Assembly: GCF_009914755.1 (NCBI RefSeq)
Contig: NC_060935.1
Source: the human T2T-CHM13v2.0 reference genome, Homo sapiens
Length of the DNA stretch: 64,000 nt
Strand: one strand, 5' to 3'
The notes beneath the pieces were generated by a model. That model made no database searches. It saw only the letters and a list, made by a program, of their open reading frames with translations, and had not been told where the DNA came from. Of the stretch, positions 1 to 20,123 are shown piece by piece. A program made the translations under genes and the position numbers. Positions within the stretch are counted from its first letter, which is position 1, and the number at the start of each line of letters is the position of its first letter.

Positions 1-290
1 GACCATTAACATCTCTTATAAATATTTTTTAATTTTCAAAGAAAATAAATTACTTTAGCACATCAGATAGCATTAGTTTTTAAAAACATTAAATTAGCAA
101 TAAAGACCCTATACAATTAATTTCCTATTATTATGGTTTTTCTCTCTGGAAAATTTAAATTTCTTCTCCTCAATGATTTTGGCAGTAGCCATTTATTCAT
201 TTTGCTTAGAAGCAGATATAATGTATGTGACGAGACATTGTCCTGTTTTATTTTAAAATCCTTATGACAAATAAAAATTCACATACTCCA

Positions 291-534
291 GGCCGGGCGC
301 AGTAGCTCCTGCCTGTAATCTCAGCATTTTGGGAGGCCGAGGCAGGCGGATCACTTGAGATCAGGAGTTGGAGACCATCCTGGCCAACATGGTGGAACCC
401 CATCTCTACTAAAAATACAAAAATTAGCTGGGCGTGGTGCCAGGTGCCTGTAATCCCAACTACTTGGGAGGCTGAGGTGGGAGAATCGCTTGAACCTAGG
501 AGGCAGAGGTTGTAGTGAGCAAAGAAAAAAAAAA
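291..534 (+). mobile_element. AluS element lacking ~50 nt of its 3' end
   Basis: Starts GGCCGGGCGC; stops at GTGAGC then an A-run; flanking repeat AAAAATTCACRTAYTC. Confidence 0.92.
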
Positions 535-879
535 TTCACGTATTCTCTGTCATACATGTTTACAGTCTAATATAATTTTATCTTCAATAACTCAAATTTT
601 ACAGAAAAGATTTGAGATAGGAGAGGAATATCTGCAGTGGCTTATTCATATTTTATTTCTCTTCTCAAAACCTTCAAAAATTTCCATCACCCACCTGTTC
701 AGACACAAATTCTAATGTTTGGCAAACATAGTTAGCTATTTGCCAAAAATTCAGAACTTCCCAGTTCCACAATGTGGAGTTGGCACTGGAAAACAGCTCC
801 CCTTGCAGCCAGGTATAGCTAATGAAGTGAGCAGAAGTCTTTTTTAATGTTTTTATTATTTTATCTAGAAAGTACTTAT

Positions 880-1075
880 AAAGCCCATACTATGTACCAG
901 GTATAGATAAGTATTTGACAAATATTAACTCAGTTACTGTGCATAACAATCCCATGAGGTAGTTCTATAATTGCCCCCACTTTACAGATAAAGAAACCGA
1001 AGGTAAAAGCAGTTCAGTGACGGAGAAGCACAGCTAAGAAGTGACTGGGGTAAGATCTAATTCCAGGGCCAGAGC
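880..1075 (-). mobile_element. MIR remnant
   Basis: cccatgaggtag...cccactttacagataaagaaaccgaagg resembles the MIR core. Confidence 0.7.
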
Positions 1076-2061
1076 CCTTAAAAAGCAAGTGGGGCTTCTC
1101 TATGTTTCCTTCTTCTATCAACTCTGTGGCCCCAGTTGATTGCAGATCCACACAATTGTAGGGGTCTGGGTTTCTGATTAACCACAGGAAGCAAGCTGCC
1201 CACTGGCCAGGAACTCCCACACTACACTGCCACATGGATGAAAAATAAAATTCTGTTGAGCCAAGGCACTGAAATTTGGGCATTGTTACAGCATCTAGTG
1301 TTTTTTCTTATATCCATGGCAACCAAGACCACTGTAATTGGTCTATGTCTGGAATCAGGAGGCCTGGTTCTAGCCCAAGCACAGTCTCCAGCTTAAGGAA
1401 TGACCTTAAGCAAGCACTTCTTCCCTCAGGGCAACATTTAAAAAAATAAGAAGATTGGATTGATCAACATTTTACTGCCTGTATTTCACAGGACATTCTC
1501 CTTTTAATATATTTGCTTGAACCTTCTTGAAAACAGGACTCCATGGACAAATAAGGTAGGCAAATTCTGAATAATACATCTTGCTTTGGAGACTCATAAT
1601 GCACATTTGCGACATCCTTCCCTGAGGACTTTAACACAGTATTCACCAGATGGATTTGACCATAGGACCTCTTAAATTTTTTGATTGGGAAATATTTATT
1701 AATACTTAGAGAGATATGAGTGTCCTAAGAAATGTAGTTTGGGGAATGATTAATTAGATGAATTCAAAAAGTATTCCCAGTACTAAAACTGCTCTGCTAT
1801 GATTTCCTACCTTTCCACATTTCCCAAATGCAGCTCTAATCAGATTACCTCTTTATTGCTACACATGTGCAGCATGTATGTCCACTTAGGGCTGGGAACC
1901 TCTCACCTTGCTTTCTGAATCTGGAAAAACATTTCCTCTCTTTTGCACCATTCCTAGTCTTGCCTATACTTAAAGGCCCAACTCAACTCTCTCTGGTCTA
2001 AGAAGATGTCTCAGCATGATCTAGCACACACCTTACATCTCTCTCACTCAAAACACATTAA

Positions 2062-2427
<366 letters not shown>

Positions 2428-3004
2428 TGACAAACAGCATCTGTAAGACAAGGGTTAAGTAGAAGGTGAGGTTCTTGAACCATTTTGATATGCATTGCTG
2501 AAACTGAGACAAAATCTGTCTGGAAACAGTCATAAACAAGAAATATATGCGTAAACCCTGGAAGAAATGGGAGGACAAGTTGTGTGATCCTTACCCAGAA
2601 AAATCTATGAAGCTCAAACAAGGAGTGATACGCAGTTTCAACTGGAAGTTCAGAAGCTAGTCTACAAACAAAAGGGGGTTATGTTGGGATTTCCTTATAA
2701 GTAGTTGCTACAAGATGGGTTTTTCTGTTTAAACCAGAATGAACATGCATTGACTGTGTGGGATTGGCTGTGTACTCATTGTGCCTCTTCTACATTATAA
2801 GGGTATCCAGTCCCCTTAGATCTGGGTTTTAAAAATCTATCTCTGATTTGGTGTGGAAGGTGGATGGGAATTGAAGATGGGAGTTAAAGACCAATTCAGA
2901 ACAAGTTTCAGTTTTCTCCAGGTGGAAAAGGCAATGAGATTTTGACTAAGGCATGGAGGTGAAAGAATAGAGAGGTATTAGGCTTATTGCATGTATAAAG
3001 GGAT

Positions 3005-3087
3005 GGAGAAGGAGAGAGGGAAGAAAGAAGAAAGGAAATGAAAGAGGAAGAAGGAAAGGAGAAGGAAGAAAAGAGGAAAGAAGAGGC
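3005..3087 (+). repeat. GA-rich polypurine tract
   Basis: Nearly pure A/G sequence. Confidence 0.85.
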
Positions 3088-3131
3088 TGAAGATGACTCC
3101 CAGTCTGCTGGCTACAAAACTGGGTGAATCC

Positions 3132-3419
<288 letters not shown>

Positions 3420-4214
3420 CTATTTCCCCATACTCCCTGTTTGCAGAGTTGCCTGAGTAGGCAGCAGGAAAGGAGAGACTTTCCTCCCCCATATTATCCT
3501 GTTATGTTGGTCTCAAATTATCCCTTCAGCAGAGTAAATATTTCATGCCCATTCTTCATTGTTCTAGGATTGGGTTTGGTAATCAGGAGTACATAAGGCA
3601 AAGGAGACCTTTCAAAAGGCTTGAAGTGGCATAGCCAGGAGAGTCATAAACCAAATTGTTAATGACATGAAGCTGACTTTGGTTTCTCATCCAGATCCAG
3701 TTCCAGACAGGCAGCTCTCCTTATCTGCCCCATTCCCCACCTTACCCTACCACAAACCTGTCCATCAAGGAGTTAAGTCATTGTGAAAGAGGCCGTGTTG
3801 AGGGTTTAGGAAAGTAATAGAAAAGGAACATAGGAATCAGACCAACTTCACAGACCTTGCAGTCAGAGTGATCTGGATCTGAATTTCAGCTGTTGGACAC
3901 AAAAGCCTATGGTTCAAGAGAAAGGATCAAGCTGAAAATAGAGATGCTGAGTCCCTTAGGTCCTAGGGAGAAAAGGAATTTAAGGAGATGTCTCAGGGAA
4001 AGTGAAGAAAGAGTGAACTGTTTCTGCATCTGTTTGCTTTGAACCCACCATGTTCAAAGCAGGCATTATGAGGGCCTTGCCTGTCTGTGGACACATTCAC
4101 TAGAGCAAGAATTTTCACAAACAATGAAACAACAATTTCACAAACAATTTTAACAAACCTCTAGGTTGTTTCACTCCCATTCTGTCATTTTTATGCACTT
4201 GACTATCTATTCAG

Positions 4215-8210
<3,996 letters not shown>

Positions 8211-8322
8211 CATGGAAGACATTCCCACCCATCAGACGGAATCCCAGCAACATATCCCTAAGTTATTAGGGATAGTCTTTTAGGGCATCATTTCTTCATT
8301 TGTCAATTAGACATATACCATC

Positions 8323-8727
8323 TGAAATGGTTTGGATCTCTGTCACCACCCAAATCTCATGTCAAATTGTAATCTCCAATGTTGGAGGTGGGGCCTGGTG
8401 GGAGGTGACTGCGTCATGAGGGGGTCTCATAAATGGTTTAGCATTATCCTCCCTTGGTGCTGTATAGTGAGTGGGTTCCTACAATATACGATTTTTTAAA
8501 AGTGTGTGGCACCTCCCCACTCTCTTTCTTGGTCCTGCTTCTGTCATGCAAGACGCCTGCTCTCACTTTGCCTTCAGCCATGAAAGCTCCCTGAGGCCTC
8601 CCCAGAAGCAGATGCTGCCATGCTTCCTGTACGCCCCATGGAACCATAAGCCAATTAAACCTCTTTTCTTTATAAATTACCCAGTCTCAGGTATTTCTTT
8701 ACAGCAGTGCGAGAACGTACTAATACA
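8323..8727 (+). mobile_element. MaLR solo LTR (MST-like) inserted in a MIR
   Basis: TG...CA termini, MST-type 3' end, perfect 5-bp TSD CCATC at 8318-8322 and 8728-8732. Confidence 0.9.
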
Positions 8728-9044
8728 CCATCATTCCCACAAACTTGTGATGAAATCAGTATACGTGAAGTTCTGAGCCCCATATCCTCCATACTGTTAG
8801 TATTCCTAGTTGAATCTGAACCTACTTCTTGTTTATAGTATTGCCCTATCTAATCCAGCCTTACTCAGGCCACCAGATGTTTTTCTGGTTCTTTAGTGTG
8901 GTGTGGTTTTTTTTACGTGCTCTCTCTCTCTCTGAAAGTCCTGGGGAGGGAGACAAGGTAACATTCATTCAGGACCTGCTACCTGTCAGACTGTGGTCTA
9001 AAATACCATATTAATTTAGGCCTCCAGACAATGTCATAGACTAG

Positions 9045-9714
<670 letters not shown>

Positions 9715-9789
9715 GTTTATTTCTATTTTAAAGGAAAGGAAACAGAAACCTCAGTTTTAAAAATACCCTCCAAGTCATGCCTTTGAAGG

Positions 9790-10020
9790 TAGGGACATTG
9801 GACTTTGAAGGGCCCGAGTTCAAATCTGACTCTCAACAAATCCTGTGGGATCTCCAATAAGTGCCCTACGCTTCTGAACATCAGTTCTTCATCAATGAGA
9901 TGGGACAATAGGAGACTAAATGGAATTATGGAGTGGTTTTGAAGATTAAATGAGATAGAGAACATACACTTAGCACAGATTATAAAATACATATGAGGCT
10001 CAATAAATGTTAGCTAGTAT
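9790..10020 (+). mobile_element. MIR
   Basis: gagttcaaatctgactc...gaagattaaatgagata...ctcaataaatgttagct. Confidence 0.75.
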
Positions 10021-10270
10021 TAGTCTTATGAGGAACTAACCAGTGGCTAAATTGAAATTAAAGGCTAGATCCATGGCCTACCAAAGCCTTCTCTTCCACT
10101 TCTCCATGTTGCCTCTTTCTTCTCTATACTTGTCTGAGCTACTCACCCTATCAACTGAAATGTAAGTCAGCAAGGAGAGGGACTGAGGCAAATTATCGAT
10201 AAACATACCTATCCAGTTTCCCTGAACACTTGCCAATCCCAGCCTTTTCTTCATTGATGCTACCCATGCT

Positions 10271-10280
10271 CACACGTGCG

Positions 10281-10314
<34 letters not shown>
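10271..10314. repeat. (CG)n(CA)n compound microsatellite
   Basis: 44 bp of uninterrupted purine-pyrimidine alternation. Confidence 0.95.
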
Positions 10315-11689
10315 GTGTTCTTGCCACTTCTGAGTAACTGGCACTCATACCCTCATGGAAAAAACGGATGCAGCTTGATCCGGAGTTTCACTGAAATATC
10401 CCCCCAATCTCACTTCATTGGCTTTTCACAAAAACTCCAAGACACATCCTAAAAGCTTGCAAAAACCTCTTTACCCTCTCTGGGTCTTCTTGGAAACTAT
10501 TTGGCTTTTGCCTTTCCCAGCTACATCTGGTCTCAATGGAATGTGCTTATCGATCTTGGGAATGAGGCCAAACAACCTGGTACCCTGATGGCTAAAAAGG
10601 CTCATACAGTTTGTGACATGCCATCAGCAAGTGGGTTAACACAGGATTTCAATTTCTTATCTTCTGCTAACTTCCAGCAGACTCCGTAAGCACCCACCCT
10701 TCCAGACAAATTCTCTTCTCCTGTCTCAATCCTTCTTTTTGGATCTCTATTAGTATTAATTGAGCATCAACTCTCACTATAATTATGAACTTTTGATATA
10801 ACTTATAGGAATCACTAATTCAGTTGGGCTTCCTGGTACAACTTGACAATAGGATTTCCCATTCTCTGGGGAGACATCATGGTAGCTATGGGCTTTGGTT
10901 TCGGGCAGGCCTGGCTTTGTATCCAGCTTTATTCTGAAAGAACTTAAATGAGATTCTTCACATATCTGAACCTCTTTTCTCATTTGTATCTACTAAATGT
11001 ATCTACTAAAAATCACCTAACCAGGTTGTTAGTGGGAAATAAATAATAGGCACCATAGTAACTATTAGCATTGTCATCATTGTTGTTGCTCTTAGAATGC
11101 CACAAACAACCAGATACGAACCCAGTTCAAATCATGCCATGCCCTCTTTGAAATTGTTACTTGTTAAAAAATTAACTATGGGATGTATAAACTTCAAGAG
11201 TATACACATTCTTTATACCCAAACACAATTTCTAAGACTTAGAAGAAATAACCAAAGATGTAGGGCAAAGATTTAGCTACAAGACTGATTATCACATTGT
11301 TTACAATATTGAAAAACTGGAAACAAACTGGACATGAAAAATGAGTTCTTCTACAGATAGTGGAACTCCCAATTCAGTGGATGACTTGCAGCCCTTTTAA
11401 ATGTGATAAACAAATGTTCATGACAGGGAAAGGTGTTTACAATGTGTATGGTTGAATATACAGTCAAAGTGTTAAAAGATACTTACAAAATGGCATCTAG
11501 AACATGGTCCTGATTTTATTTGAAGGAGAGTGTTGCAGAGGACAACATTTGAGTGCATACAGAAAAAATCAAAAGGATAATCATTAAAATATTAAAAGTA
11601 GGTTAGCCTTATTGCAATTTTTCTGTTCTATATTTTCTAAATTTTTTATAATGAAAATATTGAGAAAAAGTAAACTTCTTGGTAAATTT

Positions 11690-12610
11690 TATTAATGAAA
11701 AACATACATAAAGTCAATAATTCTAGAACAGCTTCATGGATTTTGATAAAGTGAACACACATGAGTGATTAGTACCCAGATGTTGAAACAGAACCCATAC
11801 CAGCATTCCACAAGCCACCCTTTTGCCCAGTTCCAGTCACTACTCACAGCCTAAAGATAACCACCATCCCAGTTTCTAACAGCCTAGACGAGTTTTGTTT
11901 ATTTTTAAGCATTTCACAAATGAATCACCTCATATGCTCTGTGCCTATCTTTCTTCATTCGCCATTGTCTGTGAGAGTTATCAATGTTATTGCATGTAAT
12001 CGTAGTTCATTCATCCTCATTGCTATCTTCTAGTGTATGAAGAGTTATTTATCCATTCTCCTATAAATGTACATTTGTGTCATTATTTGTTTTTGACATT
12101 ATGAATAGGGCTGCTAGCTATATTCGTGTCCTGTTTTTTGTTGAACATATGTACATGTGGAATTGCTGACTATAGGAAATGTACATGTACAGGTTAGTGA
12201 TACCGTCAGTTTTCCGAAATAGTTATTCCCATACACACTTCCAGTGTCAGTGTGAGAATTCTGGTTGCTCAATTCCAATTACTTGTCAACATTTGGTATT
12301 GTCTTGCATTTTCACTTTAGCCATTTCTCATGGCATCACATTGAGGTCTTAATTTACATTTCCCAAGTAACTAGCAGAATTTAACACTTTTAAAAATGTG
12401 TATTGGCCATGTGGGTATTCTTTTTTTGAAGTGCCTGTTTACGTCCTTTGTCCATTTTTCTATTAAGTTATCTGCATTGGAAGAATTCCTATATTCTGTA
12501 CACAAGTCATATTAGGTGCGTATATCAGAAATCTTTTTTTCCCATTGTGTAAACTTGATTTTTCAATCTCTTAATGGTATCTTTTGATGAAAGAGGGTCT
12601 TAATGATAAT
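11690..12610 (-). mobile_element. L1ME-like 3' fragment
   Basis: Antisense L1 3' motifs (tgtattggccat...ttttgaagtgcctgttt). Confidence 0.7.
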
Positions 12611-12849
12611 GTCCTGTAGTTCAATAGGACTCTCGTTGTGTCCCCTGGCAAGAGTGAGCCCCTGATGATATCCCATACCATGCCATCTAAACACAGGAAA
12701 GGCAAACTTGTGCTCAGAAGAGGTCTCTCTCCTTGTGAGGACAAACTGCTGGTCTTTTCAAGATGGAACAGGACCAGTAGCACTACTATCCCATTCGCAA
12801 TGCTACGTTTGTTATTCCGGGTCCTTGAGAAATATGCCAAGATGTAACT

Positions 12850-13220
12850 AAATGTGCAAAGATTTTAAGAAAATGGGGAAAGAGTTGCAAAAATCTGGAA
12901 GAGGCATCAGACTACAAGTCTAGGAGATCCCAAGTATTGGGGTGACAGAAGAAAGGTTGAATAAAAACATCCTAGACTGCCATGCAGCCTAGGGAAGATT
13001 CTGCAAGGCCATCAGGAAGTCCTTGAGCCAAAGTCAGTTGTCAAAGTTGTCCCATGTCTCTCAGCAACAGATCTGCCTTGGTGTCTTTACTAGGCTTAAT
13101 TATTGCTGGGAACAGCCTGTGGAAAGCATGGTCGCAGGGCAAACACAGTGATAGATTTTGGGGCACAGAAGATGAGTCCTTGGTTAATGACACTCCCCGT
13201 GGCTGGAGTTCTGCTAACAC
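12850..13220. mobile_element. Probable old ERVL LTR (MLT2-like) fragment
   Basis: aaggccatcaggaagtccttgagccaaagtc...ctgggaacagcctgtggaaagcatgg resembles MLT2. Confidence 0.45.
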
Positions 13221-15175
13221 ACTCTCAGAGGCAACACGCCAAGATAGGGAATCATGGGAGGAGGAGACAGTAGTGGCAAACAGGGAAGGTTATTGATGTG
13301 TTGACTTTGGGCATATATTGAGTTTGATACATCTTTTCCTCCTAGATATTCCATGTCCAGCCAAATATACAGGTCTAGAATTCAACAAGGGGATCTGGGT
13401 TGCTCAGACAGAACATTAGGAGTGACTTCTAGAAGGGCCTTATGAGAAAAGGGAGTCTCAGGTATCTCCATGAAGGAACATCCAGGGGCTCCAGGCATTT
13501 CAGTGACTCCCTGCTCTTTCTGCCCAAATAGTTTAGTTGAGGCGATAGAGAGCAAAGAGGGAAGAGAGAGAGAGAAAGAGGCCCTTTGTGGTAGACCATG
13601 GGGCCATTCTCAGACTTGAGGACTCTCATTACTAAAATACTTCCCCAAACATGGCAGCCTAAGGCTGTTGACACATTTCAACTATATTTGTCTCTTGGAT
13701 TTTCCTACCTTGAACCTGAACATAGCCAAAAGTAATTTGTAACAGCAAGAATTTTGGAGGGAAGCCAGCGTGCAATTATACAAAAGTGAGCTTGCATGCA
13801 CACTTATACACATACACACACACACAGTGCAAAGGATGTGAGCAGCCAGATGCGATAAATCACAGAATCTACACTCCACAACCTGAGAAAGAGCATGTGG
13901 GCCCATGAGTCAGGATTAAACACCATAGCGACAAAGTCACTGAAGCCTGCCTAGTGAGGCAGCAATTTCTGCCCTTAATAGAGCCCTTAGATCTCAATAA
14001 TTGCTTCAAAATCCGCACACAGCAGCACACAGTTTTTCATAACTGGAGAAGCCAAAAATCCAAGTGTGAAGTGAGAACTGACAGCATCTCTTATGCACAT
14101 CTGAGATGCAAGGAAGGTCTATGGTTCTGCCTGCTTTCCAGTATCTGCCTCATTTCCAGCAGCCAGAACAGTTTCCCAAATGTCTGCAGTCTGGAACCTG
14201 CTCTGTGCTTGAACTTCCCCCTTGGCCTCCATCTTCCTGGCTGCTCCCAACTTCCCATTCTACTTTTTGTCCTTACCTGAAACTGTCTTTTCAGTACTGT
14301 CCAGTATTTCTGCCCACCTCCAGGAGTCTCATGGCAGACTAGGCTAGGTTTGTAGACAAGGGCAAGGTATTAAAATTAAATCTGAACTAAGATTAAAATT
14401 CAGTACTAAATTAAGTACTGAATTAAAATTCACAGATGCTGCTGACCCATATTAACCAACTAGAAAAAGGTGTCCCTTCTCAAAACACCTTTCTGAAAAT
14501 CATAATATACTAATTTTGTTAAAACAATTTATAACCATCATCTGGAAATGTTATAATAAATATACAAATTAATGTTTATTTCATGAAGGATGTCCTACTA
14601 GATGTAGCAGTATACAACCTAGACAACAGTCCATGGTAGCTGTCTCGGCAGTATACGGCAGCCATCTCAGCTCAGCATCCAGGAATTGTCTTTCCTCTGC
14701 CCTTTGTTTTTCCACTATTGAATTTAACAGACTATATTTATATGAGTGCTTTTTGTGTGTGTGTGTGTGGAACCAAGGGGCCAGGGTCCTCTGGCAGGAA
14801 TTTCACAGATGTAGGCACTCACGGTCAAGCAAAGTCCTGGGGAGAAAAAGAGGCAAAGACTTCCTGCATGGGAGATACTCACGTGGTGGCCTTGGAGAGT
14901 AAAAGAGCTTAGAGTCAGGAAGTGTTCCAAGCAATCTAGAACACTGTCTCCCAAATGGCTGCAGCCTGAACCCGCTCTGTGCTTGGATTTCTCCGTTGGC
15001 CTCTGTCTTTCTGGCTGCTCCCAACTTCGCACTCTACTTCTGCTCCATCCTAGGGTGCCTCTGCAGCAGCAAATGTGGCTGTTCAACAATCTGAAGTCTT
15101 TGATTGTGAACAGTGCTAACCAGCCCTGGGAAAGAAAAGCAGCTCTCTTCCCTGCTCTCCAGGGCTAGCAGATGA

Positions 15176-15863
<688 letters not shown>

Positions 15864-16495
15864 TAAAACAAATTAAATTATATCACAAATATGGTTTGCT
15901 ATGGTATTTTTAAATTATTTGTATAGTATGAGCATTTCCAATCATTTTAAAATGTATTTCTACTTCTTTACTTTTAAAATCATTTAATTTTTTATTAATT
16001 AATGAATAGGTAATATGTCTATATGGTACAAAATTTGAAAAATATGAAAGAACATAAAGTGAATAATTTTTCCCTTTATTCCTGCTCCCCAAATGGGCCA
16101 CCAGTGTTAACAGGGTTTTATATGTCCTTCCTAATAGAGTTTATCAATTTATACACACCCACCCACATTCCATTTAATATATTTAGGATATAGTTCCACA
16201 GAACTACATGAGTGGAATGAACAATCTCATTGTTTTGAACAGCTGTATAGTATGTTACATTGAAAGCTGTCCCATACTATTCACCCAATGCCCTGTTGGT
16301 AGGCATTTAGGGCATTTCCAGCTTTTGCATTAAAGCAATATTGTAATAACTTTCCTTGTATATATTTATATATATCATTAGATACAAATGCAAATCTTGC
16401 AGTATAAATTCCTAAAAGTTAAATTCCTGGGTCAAAGGGTTTGCACATTTTAAATTTCAATAGATATTGCCAAATATCTTCCCACTTCCAGAGTA

Positions 16496-16995
16496 TGTGG
16501 GACTCCAAGATAGCCCAGATAATCTTCATCTGGTTCATATCCCCAAGTGCTCTCCTCCCACATTAAATCAGAGCTTGTCTATGTGATGCATAGAGTGTTG
16601 TGGAGATGATAGTGTGTGACTTGTGGGGCTAAATTATAAAAGGTCTTGCAGCCAAAATCTGTTCCCTTACTCAGGAGAGAGCCACCATGTCATGACAACA
16701 CATGTCATGAGAAAGCCCTGAGGAGATGTCCCTGTGGGGAGAAACTGAGACCTGCCACCAACAACTAGAATCGCCTTGCCAGCCATGTGAGTGAGGTATT
16801 TTGGAAGGGAACTGTGCATATCCAGTCGAGCTTTCAGCTGAGGGCAATCTCATGAAATACCCCAAGCTAGAAAGACCCCACTAAGATGCTCCAAAATAAC
16901 TTACACACAGAAACTAGGAGACATGACAAATGTTTATTATTGTCGTAAGCCACTAAGTTTAAGAGTTTGTTATATTACAATAGGTAACTAATACA
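16496..16995 (+). mobile_element. MaLR MLT1-type LTR inside an antisense L1ME fragment
   Basis: 3' end taagccactaagttt...taggtaactaataca. Confidence 0.75.
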
Positions 16996-17151
16996 GTATA
17001 TGAGAGTTCCAGTTCTCTCTCTCCCTCAATAACACAAATTATCAACCATTTTACTCTTTCACTAGTGATAATTGTATCTCATGTTGCTTTAATTTTTCAT
17101 CTCTCTTATTTGGAGTGAGGTGGAGCACTTTTTCACATATTTAAGAAAATT

Positions 17152-17499
<348 letters not shown>

Positions 17500-17820
17500 T
17501 CATTTTTTTCACGGAGGCCTAATATTTCACCAAATAAGTTTAATGTGACTAATTTAACTATTCTCTTATTATCAGACACTGAAGTAAATTTCCACATTTT
17601 GATATGAGCAATACTGGCATAAACGTCACAATTCTTTCTCTATATATCTGATTATTTCCTGAAAGGGGATTACTATAAACAGAATTATTGGGCAAAAGTG
17701 CATTATAAAACAGAATATGTGTAATCAGAGCTGTCTTGAAATCTGTCTAATTTCTCAAGGCTCTTTGTACTTGAGACTCAAGTACAAAGACAAAGACTAG
17801 TCTCAAGACTAGTAAATGTC

Positions 17821-18130
<310 letters not shown>

Positions 18131-18241
18131 ACAAATGTCTTTTACAAAAAAACTTTCATTAACATATATTCCTACTTGTAGTATCTATCTCACCCCAACC
18201 CTTCACCAAAGTGAGTATTATCATTAAAAAAAAAATGTTGT

Positions 18242-18542
18242 GCTGAGTGTGGTAGCTTACACCTGCAATCCCAGCACTTTGGGAGGCCAAGATGGGAAGA
18301 ATACTTTGAGGCCAGGAATTCAAGACCAGGCTGGGCAACAAAGCAAGATCCCATCTTTACAAACTAAAACAAATTAGCCAGTCACGGTGGCGTGTACTTG
18401 TAGTGCCAGCTACTAGGGAGGCTGAGGAGGGAGCATCACTTGAGCCCAGGAGGTTGAGGCTTCAGTGAGCCATGACAGTGCCACGGTACTCCAGCCTGAC
18501 CAACCAAGCAAGACCCTGTTGCCAAAAAAAAAAAAAAAAAAA
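18242..18542 (+). mobile_element. AluJ
   Basis: Diverged full Alu with poly-A. Confidence 0.9.
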
Positions 18543-19818
18543 GTTGCTAAAAGACAAAAATGGCCTTATACTAGCAACATTGCTTTGGAGGAGCATTCTC
18601 ATCAAGAATTGAGAGATTCTTCTCAATCCCAACTTTCCTACCTGAAGTTGGAATTGCACCAAGACATGATTATTCAGTAGAGACTCCTTAGGGCCTCCAG
18701 CATCATCACAGATTCCCACTGTCACCTGCCTGTTTCCTGAAATGAACCTAGCTTAGACAATAACTTAAGAAAAGGCAGCTGCTAAGCTTGTGAGAACCAC
18801 AGAAGCTGGGATCCAATGCTCAAAGTTTTGGCCACATGGATGCCAAATTTCTGGGATATCTCTGATTATGCATATTCTGGTCATAATCCCAAAAGCACAC
18901 GCATGCTTGTCAGAGCTGGTGTCCCCAGACAGGGTGTGGAAAATGTGGGTGCAAATCTCATTACACATGCATTTCCTTGGCTCACATTCCCCAGGCAGAC
19001 TGTGAGGTACAATCAGGATGGGCCTATGAATGGGCAAGAGCCCAGGGCCTTGACTGGGAGGGGTGAAAGGCTCCTAAAGTAAGATCTCAGGACCCCAGGC
19101 CTGCGAACTTCCCCTTCCAGGAGGTTTGGAATTCTCCAGGCCTCAAAAGCCTCTTTGATAAAACCTCAAACCGAGAGAGTTCATGTGATATTATTTAAGC
19201 TTCAGGCCTCCTTTCTGCCCAGTCCCAGTCTCGTGCTGCTCAGCAGTCAGGATCCTGCCCTCTTCTCTGACATTCCCTCCCAGTCCTGCCCTGGACATTC
19301 TCACAGGCTCCCCATGGACCTGGTCTTGCCCACCCTGCTTCCAGCCCTGTGACAGCCTCCAGCCTCCCTGCCTGCCTTTCCTACTCAGAGCTGTGGATCA
19401 CAGGCCTTCCCTGGGACCTTGGGGAATTAAAAGAAGAAGGAAAAGAGCCTGCTTCCTACACCGCTAGTTAATTCGAACACTTGGGGCCAAGGCACACCAC
19501 AGCCCCTTAGCAAAGGCTTTTTCTCAAGACAATGGCTATGAGGCAGCCCCCTCCAAATCCACACATAGAGTGACCACATTGTCTAAACCAACCCAATCAA
19601 AATGTCTAACAAAATAGGGGTATCTCTGATTGTACTATTTTAGAAAATTCTCATAAAGGTAAGGAATTATTTAACAGGCTGCTTTTATGTGGGGGAAGAT
19701 CACTTACAAATAAGATATAAGGAAAATACCCCAAAATATTAATCTTTCTTTCCTGAAACTTCCTGACTTTCACCTAATAAGCAAAGTCATCCATGTTGCC
19801 TTAAGAAGTGAAGGCCTT

Positions 19819-20123
19819 GGCCGGGCACGGTGGCTCACGCCTGTAATCCCAGAACTCTGGGAAGCCGAGGTGGGTGGATCACGAGGTCAAGAGTTCAAGA
19901 CCAGCCTGGCCAAGATGATGAAACCCCGTCTCTACTAAAAATACAAAAAATTAGTCGGGGGCAGTGACAGGTGCCTATAATCCCAGCTACTCAGGAGGCT
20001 GAGGCAGGAGAATCACCTGAACCCAGGGGGCGGATGTTGCAGTGAGCCGAGGATCTGAGATCGTGCCACTGTACTCCAGCCTGGGTGACAGAGTGAGACT
20101 CTGTCTTAAAAAAAAAAAAAAAA
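19819..20123 (+). mobile_element. AluS (Sg-like)
   Basis: Full Alu; TSD AAGTGARGGCCTT. Confidence 0.93.
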
